Positions 57,490 through 64,000 of a stretch of 64,000 nucleotides of DNA are shown piece after piece (position 1 is the stretch's first letter; every line of letters begins with the position of its first letter). The stretch is from Thecamonas trahens ATCC 50062 (lineage: Eukaryota > Protista > Apusomonadida). Location: positions 276,133 to 340,132 of the forward strand of contig NW_013657664.1 in NCBI RefSeq assembly GCF_000142905.1. Direction: 5' to 3'. The notes under the pieces were generated by a model. The model did not search any database. It had not been told where the DNA came from and was given only the letters and a program-made list of their open reading frames with translations. Both the position numbers and the translations under genes were made by a program.

Positions 57490-59021
57490 CTACAGCTTGA
57501 TGCACACCGTTTTCTGCTCGGTGTAGAATTCGAGCGAGTACTCGCCGCCCTCACGGCCGACGCCCGAGTGCTTCTGCCCGCCAAACGGAACGCGCAAGTC
57601 GCGGACGAGCCAGCAGTTGATCCAGACAGTTCCAACGTCGAGAGCCTGGGCCACAGTGTGAGCGCGGGTGAGATCGGAGGTCCAGACCGAGGCTGAGAGG
57701 CCATACGCGACGGCGTTGGCGTCAGCAATGACGGCGGCAGCACCGGCGTCTGCGGATGAGTCGTCAAAGCGGATGACGCCGACGACGGGACCAAAGATCT
57801 CCTCGTTGTTGCAGCGCGCACTCATGTCGAGGCCAGTGACGACGGTGGGAGAGACGTAGTAGCCGTCGGCGAGATGGGACGGAATATCGGCCGGTGGGTC
57901 AGGCCCGCCTGCGGCCAGAGACCCGCCCTCCTCGACCGCCAGCGCAATGTACGAGAGCACCTTCTCCTTGTGCTGAGCCGAGACGAGGGCGCCGAGGTTC
58001 GACGCGGGGTCGGCCGGATCACCGGTTTTGAGAGCGGCGACGGCGGCGAGGAACTTGGCCATGAATATGTCGTAGATAGAGTTTGCGACAAAGAGGCGCG
58101 AGCCGCAGAGGCAGATCTGGCCTTGATTGGCGAACGAGGCCTTGACTGCACCGGCGACGGCGGCGTCGATGTCGGCGTCGGCAAAGACGATGTTGGCGTT
58201 CTTGCCGCCTAGCTCAAGCGAAAGCTTCTTGACATGCGGGGCGGTGGCCTTGGCGATGCGCTCGCCGGTGGCGGTGGAGCCTGTGAACGAGACGAGTGGG
58301 ACGTCCGGGTGTGCGACGAGCGGGCGCCGGCACCGGGCCCGTCGCCAAAGACCATGTTGACGACGCCCGGCGGAATGCCGGCCTCGTTGAGGATGTCGCA
58401 AAGGAGAAAGGCGGTGAGCGAAGTGAACTCGGACGGCTTGCACACGCATGTGTTGCCTGCGGCGATGCACGGCGCAATCTTGAAGGAGAGTAGGTAGATG
58501 GGCAGGTTCCAGGGCGAGATGAGGCCGGCGACGCCGACAGGCGATGAGACGGTGTAGTTGACGGCCGGACCGGGCGGCCCGTCGATTACGGTCGACTTGT
58601 CCGTCGCATGCAGGATGGCGGTGGCGAAGAAGCGGAAGTTGTGCGCCAGCCGCGGGATGTCGACCCGTGCGGCGAGGGCCACGGGCTTGCCGTTGTCATA
58701 GCTCTCGGCGGCAGCAAAGGCGGCGGCACGTGCGTCGACCAGCTCTGCCACCTTCAGCAGAAGCTGCGAGCGGGTGGCAGCGGGCGTGGCGGCCCAAGCT
58801 GGAAAGGCGGCCTTTGCCGCCGCCACGGCCGCCTCCACGTCCTCCTCCGTCGACGCCGCCAGCTCGCCGTACGCCTTGCCTGTGGCCGGACAGAAGTTGG
58901 CCATGTACTCTCCGCGGGCCGGCGGGCAGACCTTGCCACCGATAAAGTTGTCAATGCGGGTGGCGTCGAACGCCGGCGAGCATCCTGTGGCCGGCGGTGC
59001 GGCGTGTGCGTTGTCAGCCAT
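57490..59021 (-). CDS. ALDH8A1: 2-aminomuconic semialdehyde dehydrogenase (ALDH8A1-like); apparent frameshift at 58322-58324
   Basis: PVGVAGLISPWNLP, KPSE, SFTGS, LELGGKN, NQGQICLCGSR, EEIFGPV, PFGG..SG.GREG. Confidence 0.9.
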
Positions 59022-59275
59022 GGCTGGTAGTGGTAGTGGTGGTGGTGGGGAGGGGGGCGGAGACGAGTGTGCGGTGGGCAGCAGGGGGGCGATGCGATCC
59101 GACGTGGCGTGTGTGGCACACGGTGTGTGTGTGTGTGTGTGTGGAGGGATGCATGCGATGGCCATTGCAGTGCCTGTCTCCTGTCTGTGTCGGGATGCTC
59201 CGACCAGCGAAGACTGGCTTCACAGGCACTGATGGACATGGCCATGACACAGCTGATATCAGAGCCATGACACAC

Positions 59276-59277
<2 letters not shown>

Positions 59278-59309
<32 letters not shown>

Positions 59310-59328
59310 CTCTCTCTCTTTCTCTCTC
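59278..59328. repeat. (CA)n(CT)n compound microsatellite
   Basis: Directly visible. Confidence 0.9.
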
Positions 59329-59470
59329 TTTGCCTCTTCATCGTCTTGCATCATTATCACTACCTGCCATACTGTGACCTTCACTGTGTGGTGTGACCTC
59401 AGATGGACCCCCCCCCCCCCCCTCCCCCTTCCCCCCCTTCCTCCTCTCCCCTCCACTCGACTCGTGTGCG

Positions 59471-61502
59471 ATGGGCAACTCATCATCGTCCACTGCCGAA
59501 GTCTTCACCTCCAAGGCTTCAGCAAAGCACATCCATACCTCGCCCCTTGGCCTATTTACCACATACAAGGAAAAGGATGGGTACGTCGTCCTCCCCTTCC
59601 CCCTCCCTCCCCTTCCCCCATCCCCTTCCCAGTCATTCCTTGCCTTTCGCTGCCTTCCGCTGCCTTGCCGCATTCGCATGTGCCACTCACCCTGCCCTTC
59701 CCCCCGCCCCCCCCCCCACCGCCCCGCCCCTCTTCAGCATCTTCCTGGCGGGAAAGCTGTTCATCCTGTGGGCTGCTGACGATCGTATCGTTGCCCCCTC
59801 GCTGTCACCCAAGGACGAACGCCCGCTGTTTGGCATGCTGATCTTGCTCGAGGCCGCAGCATCGCCTGCCATGTCGCTTGAGGCTGCGCGAAGGATCGTC
59901 GACGTTGCCGGGCGTTCCATGCCTGGGCCGGACGTCCCGCTTCACATTCTCATCGAGGCCGAGTTGTACGATGTGCTGGCGGCAGTGATGACCCATCGTC
60001 ATGCGCCGCATATGTACTGGTCGGACGATGCGCCAGAGATCGTGACGGTCTCGGACGGCATGGGGGCGAGCTCGTCGAGCCAAGCCAAGAAGCGATCCAA
60101 GAAGGAGCTCAAGGGCAAGAAGAAGCAGGCCAAGAAAGGCCGCGTGGGATACATTGATCTGAAGCTAGACAGGGAGGACTCGCGGAACATGCTCCCGCTG
60201 CAGCTGGCTGTCATGCGCGAGGCCGTGCCCGCGCTCGACGCGCTGCTCGCCGGCGGCGCCAACATCAGCGCGGCGAACAGCACCGGTGAGACCGCACTGC
60301 ACATGGCTGCGAGCACGCGACGCGTTGTTTCGATGGTATCACTCTTGCTTGACCGCGGCGCGTCGCTGGAGAGCCGCAACGCGGTTGGAAACACGCCGTT
60401 GATGTGTGCGCTCGAGACCGGCAACGCCAGCGCAGGAAGGTTAATCTTCGAGGCTGGCGGGCCGGCGCTGCTGGCGTCGACCAACTCGATCGGGCTGAGA
60501 CCACTGCATGTGGCCGCCCTCTCGGGCTCGGTCGACGTGCTTAACATGGTGCTGGACGCCGGGTGTGATCCCAATGCACCGGCAACCGGAGAGTGCGAGG
60601 GGCTGACTCCCCTGCAGGTCATGGTGGCACCTAGCATGTACATGGGGGGCTCGTCCTCGTTCTCACTTTCTGTCGCGAGGCAACTGCTTGCCCGTGGCGC
60701 CGAGGTGGCGATCGTCGCTGGCGAGGCGTCGTCGAAGGGCATTGTACCGACAGTCGAGGGCGATACGCTGGCACATCTCGCGGTGCGGGTGTCGAACCTG
60801 CCGGCGCTCCGCTGGCTCCTTGTCGACTACCCGGGCTTGTTCACAATGGTCAACTCGCTCGCGCAGGTCCCCCTTCATGCTGCGGTCGAGGGTGGGCGAA
60901 CTGATGCCGTTTGGGTTCTCTGTGCCATCCCGCTCGACCAGGACGTCGGCCTCCATGTTGTGGACGCCAACGGCAATACCCCAGGTGCGATCGCCCTCGC
61001 TCGCGACGACATGCGCATGATGTACCACATCCAAACGCGCCACATTGCGCTACTCGATGCGCAGCTCAGCGAGCTTCGTGTCACGTCGCTTGTCAGTCAC
61101 ACTCCTGTGGCTCCCTCGGTTCCGGCGGCGTCGTCGGCCTCGGCCTCGGCGTCCCCATCGGCCCCTTCGTTAAGCCTGGTCGCCCTTCACGCCGACCGCG
61201 ACCACGCCCTTGTCCGCGTCTCGGCTCTTGAGCGCGAGCTGGCGGCGGCGCAAGCCGAGCTCGAGGCTCTCCGCTCAGACGCGGCTGCTGCGCGAGGTGC
61301 CTCGTCGGCGCTTGCGCTTGACGCCATGTCTGAGGAGCAGGCTCGCGCGCTGACCTGCTGCATCTGTCTCGACGACATGGTGGGCATGGCGTTTGTGCCG
61401 TGCGGGCATGTCTGCTGTTGCATCGAGTGCGCCGCCACTGTTTCGGACTGTCCCATGTGTCGCACAGGTATCTCGTCGCGGCTCCAAGTCTATCTCAATT
61501 GA
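59471..61502 (+). CDS. Putatively myristoylated ankyrin-repeat RING (C3HC4) E3 ligase; intron 59581-59737
   Basis: MGNSSS N-terminus; [24 protein letters not shown]; coiled coil; [25 protein letters not shown]. Confidence 0.85.
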
Positions 61503-61640
61503 AGAGCCACCGACACCAGCCACCCCTCTCCCACCCAGCCACCACAACCCACCCAGCCACCACCAGCCACCACCACCCCTTCCCCCCCCTCCCCCCTCCC
61601 CCCCCCCCCCCTCCCCCCTCCCCCCCTCCTCTCTTCTACC

Positions 61641-63010
61641 ATGGTGGTCCTCCGGGCCCTCAAAGCCCTCGACGCATACCCCAAAACCCTTCCAGACGCC
61701 AAGGCCCACTCCAAGACCGGCGGAGCACGTACGCACATACACACACACACACTCTCCTCCCCCCCCTTCCCCCCCACCCTACTCTACACCTCGACTCACC
61801 CTCGACATCGCCGCACGTGACAGTGACGCTTGTGGTGGTGGTCCTCACACTGTGGCTGTTCTCATCGGCGACGGTCGAGTACTTGTCTGGTACGACGGTG
61901 TACGACGCGGCGGTGGACACGGAGCGGACGGCCCATCAGCAGGTGGTCATCAACTTGGACATGACCATCGCCACCCGCTGCGAGTTCCTCTCAGCTGATG
62001 TGGTGGACGTGACTGGTGCACACGACGGCGATGGCATGCACGAGCTCCAGCACCAGCCAGTCAAGTGGGCTGTCGACGTGCCGTCGGCCGACAAGGTCGA
62101 TTCGTTCTGGAAGACGCAAAAGTCGGCACTGCTCCAGCTGCACGACGTCATCCGCCTCGCTGGCATTCGCATGCCGCTGGCCGGCCTGCCTGTTGCAGCA
62201 TCAGAGAAGGTTGGCGGAAAGCCGCCGTCGCTGGCTGAAATTGTCCGCAAGTCGGCAACCGGCCATGAGGCCGAGGGCGAGGCCCACAAGCTCCCGCTCG
62301 TGGCTATCGACAAGAAAAGCTCCAACTCGTCGCAGCTTGTCAAGCCCGACAGCAAGCCCACACCCGATGACATTGCCAACCTGCGGAGACAGGTCGACGG
62401 AAACGTCCTGCCCACCGCCCACGTCGACGCCTCGTTCAACGCTTGCCGGCTCTTTGGCCACCTCACCGTGTCCAAGGTCCGCGGCAACTTTCACATCACC
62501 GCCGGCCGCTCCATCGAGCGCGGCGGCGGACATGTCCACGACATGCACTCAGTTCCGGCCGGCGCCCTCAACTTTACTCACCGCATTCACCGGCTCTCCT
62601 TTGGCGAGAACTTTCCGGGCATTGTCGCGCCGGCCGATACGCTCGTCTACCACACCACCCACTCGCTACAGATGTACCAATACTTTGTCAAGGTGGTGCC
62701 CACGCTGTACAAGGCCTCGGCCGCTGACGTCGTCGACACCAACCAGTACTCGCTCACAGCCAACTCGCGTGCCATCGATCACTCGCGCGGGCAGCACGGC
62801 ATGCCCGGCATCTTTTTCAACTACGAGTTTGAGCCTGTTCGTATCACCGTCTCGGAGACCTACTCCACTTTTCTCCACTTTATCACTCGGTGCTGCGCCA
62901 TCATCGGCGGTGTCTACGCCGTCTCGGGCATGCTCGTCACCGCCATCAATGCCCTCCTCGACTCGGTGGCGGTCAAGCTCGGCCACCGCCGTGGCATCCT
63001 CAAGCTGTAG
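61641..63010 (+). CDS. ERGIC2: ER-Golgi intermediate compartment protein (ERGIC2/Erv41-like); intron 61729-61823
   Basis: LDAYPK..GG, ACRLFGHLTVSKVRGNFHIT, NFTHRIHRLSFG, YQYFVKVVPT, HGMPGIFF, CAIIGGVY. Confidence 0.88.
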
Positions 63011-63034
63011 CCCGTAAAGTGGGCCTTTCGTGAC

Positions 63035-64000
63035 TCACACGTTCTCTTTTGCCTCCTCGCGGGGCTTGGCCGCTCGACCGGGGACATGCCTCGCCCTCTT
63101 GGACGCGTGCGTCTCGCCAGCCGGCAGCGGCTTGTCGAGAACCACCACTCGCTCTTCAAACGTCTCCCATGCAGTCGTTCCGCGGCGGACAAGCGGGTTG
63201 CGCCACGGCGGCCGATGGTCCTTGGGGGGCGACGTCGGCAGAGGCGCGGAGCTCGGCGGCGGGACCAGATCCGGTGCCTGCGGCTGGACCGGCGAGTCGA
63301 ACTGCCACAGCGGCGAGTTGAGGCCGAGTCGCGAACGAACAGCCTGGATGTACTCGGCCCGGTCAACCGGCTCTTCGCGACCTGGCGTCTGGGGCGGGTT
63401 CTGCGAGCCGAGCGGCGCCTTGTGGCGCGCCATCTGTCGCGAGTTGTCGTTGATGGCCGGCGTAAAGTCGAGCTGCGTCGCAGGGTCTTGAGGGGGTGGG
63501 TGGTACGGGACCTTGGACAGCACATATGCGGCAGGACCATACGTGTCCGGAGCAGAAAGGAACGTTTGCATGACTGTCTTGAACTGCAGCAGCGAGACGA
63601 GGCCAAGCGAGGCCTCTCCGACTTTGTACAGCCGCTGGAGCAGCGGATCAGCCACCGTCTTGGGGAACGGAAGTTGCGCGGGCTCGTGAAGCTCAGCAGT
63701 CCGGATGAATGACGAGGTTTCCATGGAGCCACCTGAGATGTCGACAAGCCGCTCAAAGGCACACGCTAGGATCTTGTCGGTCCGCTTGCGCGCCTTGACC
63801 CGCGACGCTGGGCGGACTTCGACCAGCTCCGGCTGCGGCGCGGTAACACGCCGTTTCGGGGTCTGGTACAGTCGCTCATGGACTGGACCTTTGGATGCTG
63901 CGATGGTCGCCGAGCTCTCGTTGATGAGCGGCTTAAAGTATGCCTGGCCGGTGACCTTGTCGCGGAGATCAAGCCCCTGTTCGAGCTGGAGCTGGTGGAT
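63035..64000 (-). CDS. Partial hypothetical protein (3' part) with FxPxIN / RLY motifs
   Basis: Frame is open from the window edge to the stop at 63035; FKPLINESS..ERLY and FTPAINDNS. Confidence 0.65.
   Translation of the reverse strand: MHQLQLEQGLDLRDKVTGQAYFKPLINESSATIAASKGPVHERLYQTPKRRVTAPQPELVEVRPASRVKARKRTDKILACAFERLVDISGGSMETSSFIRTAELHEPAQLPFPKTVADPLLQRLYKVGEASLGLVSLLQFKTVMQTFLSAPDTYGPAAYVLSKVPYHPPPQDPATQLDFTPAINDNSRQMARHKAPLGSQNPPQTPGREEPVDRAEYIQAVRSRLGLNSPLWQFDSPVQPQAPDLVPPPSSAPLPTSPPKDHRPPWRNPLVRRGTTAWETFEERVVVLDKPLPAGETHASKRARHVPGRAAKPREEAKENV

Noticed and set aside
38654-59021. Calling the frameshifted genes pseudogenes
   Set aside because: Each has a single lesion, intact catalytic motifs and no internal stops, and includes normally essential ESF2
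1-64000. tRNA, rRNA, snRNA or transposon features
   Set aside because: No convincing cloverleaf, rRNA, transposase/RT motif or terminal repeats seen by eye; a covariance-model search was not possible

Overview
GC-rich, gene-dense eukaryotic nuclear DNA with about 28 protein-coding genes and three assembly gaps. It is intron-poor, with short 5'-proximal spliceosomal introns, poly-C/poly-G tracts and CA/GT microsatellites. The gene content indicates a flagellated protist: myosin, radial-spoke RSPH10B, cyclin A, CENP-H, MED27, TRAPPC5, a VPS13/BLTP-type lipid bridge and a P3A H+-ATPase. The style is reminiscent of the apusomonad Thecamonas trahens, but that is inference only. I recognised no rRNA, tRNA, CRISPR array or mobile element. 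Most notable observations: (1) an unconventional myosin whose tail carries a CARMIL/CD2AP-type capping-protein-interaction (CPI) motif plus SAM, PH, CRIB-like and PH modules; (2) a ~3,500-aa lipid-transfer protein that looks BLTP3/SHIP164-like at its N-terminus and VPS13B-like at its C-terminus, with a frameshift between them; (3) a SAPS (PP6 regulatory) subunit fused to ankyrin repeats; (4) six genes each broken by exactly one missing base, probably homopolymer sequencing errors; (5) an invariant GTACG splice donor with an ACTCAC-like branch motif; (6) convergent genes whose stop codons are only 5-28 bp apart. All family calls come from remembered motifs; no database search was run.
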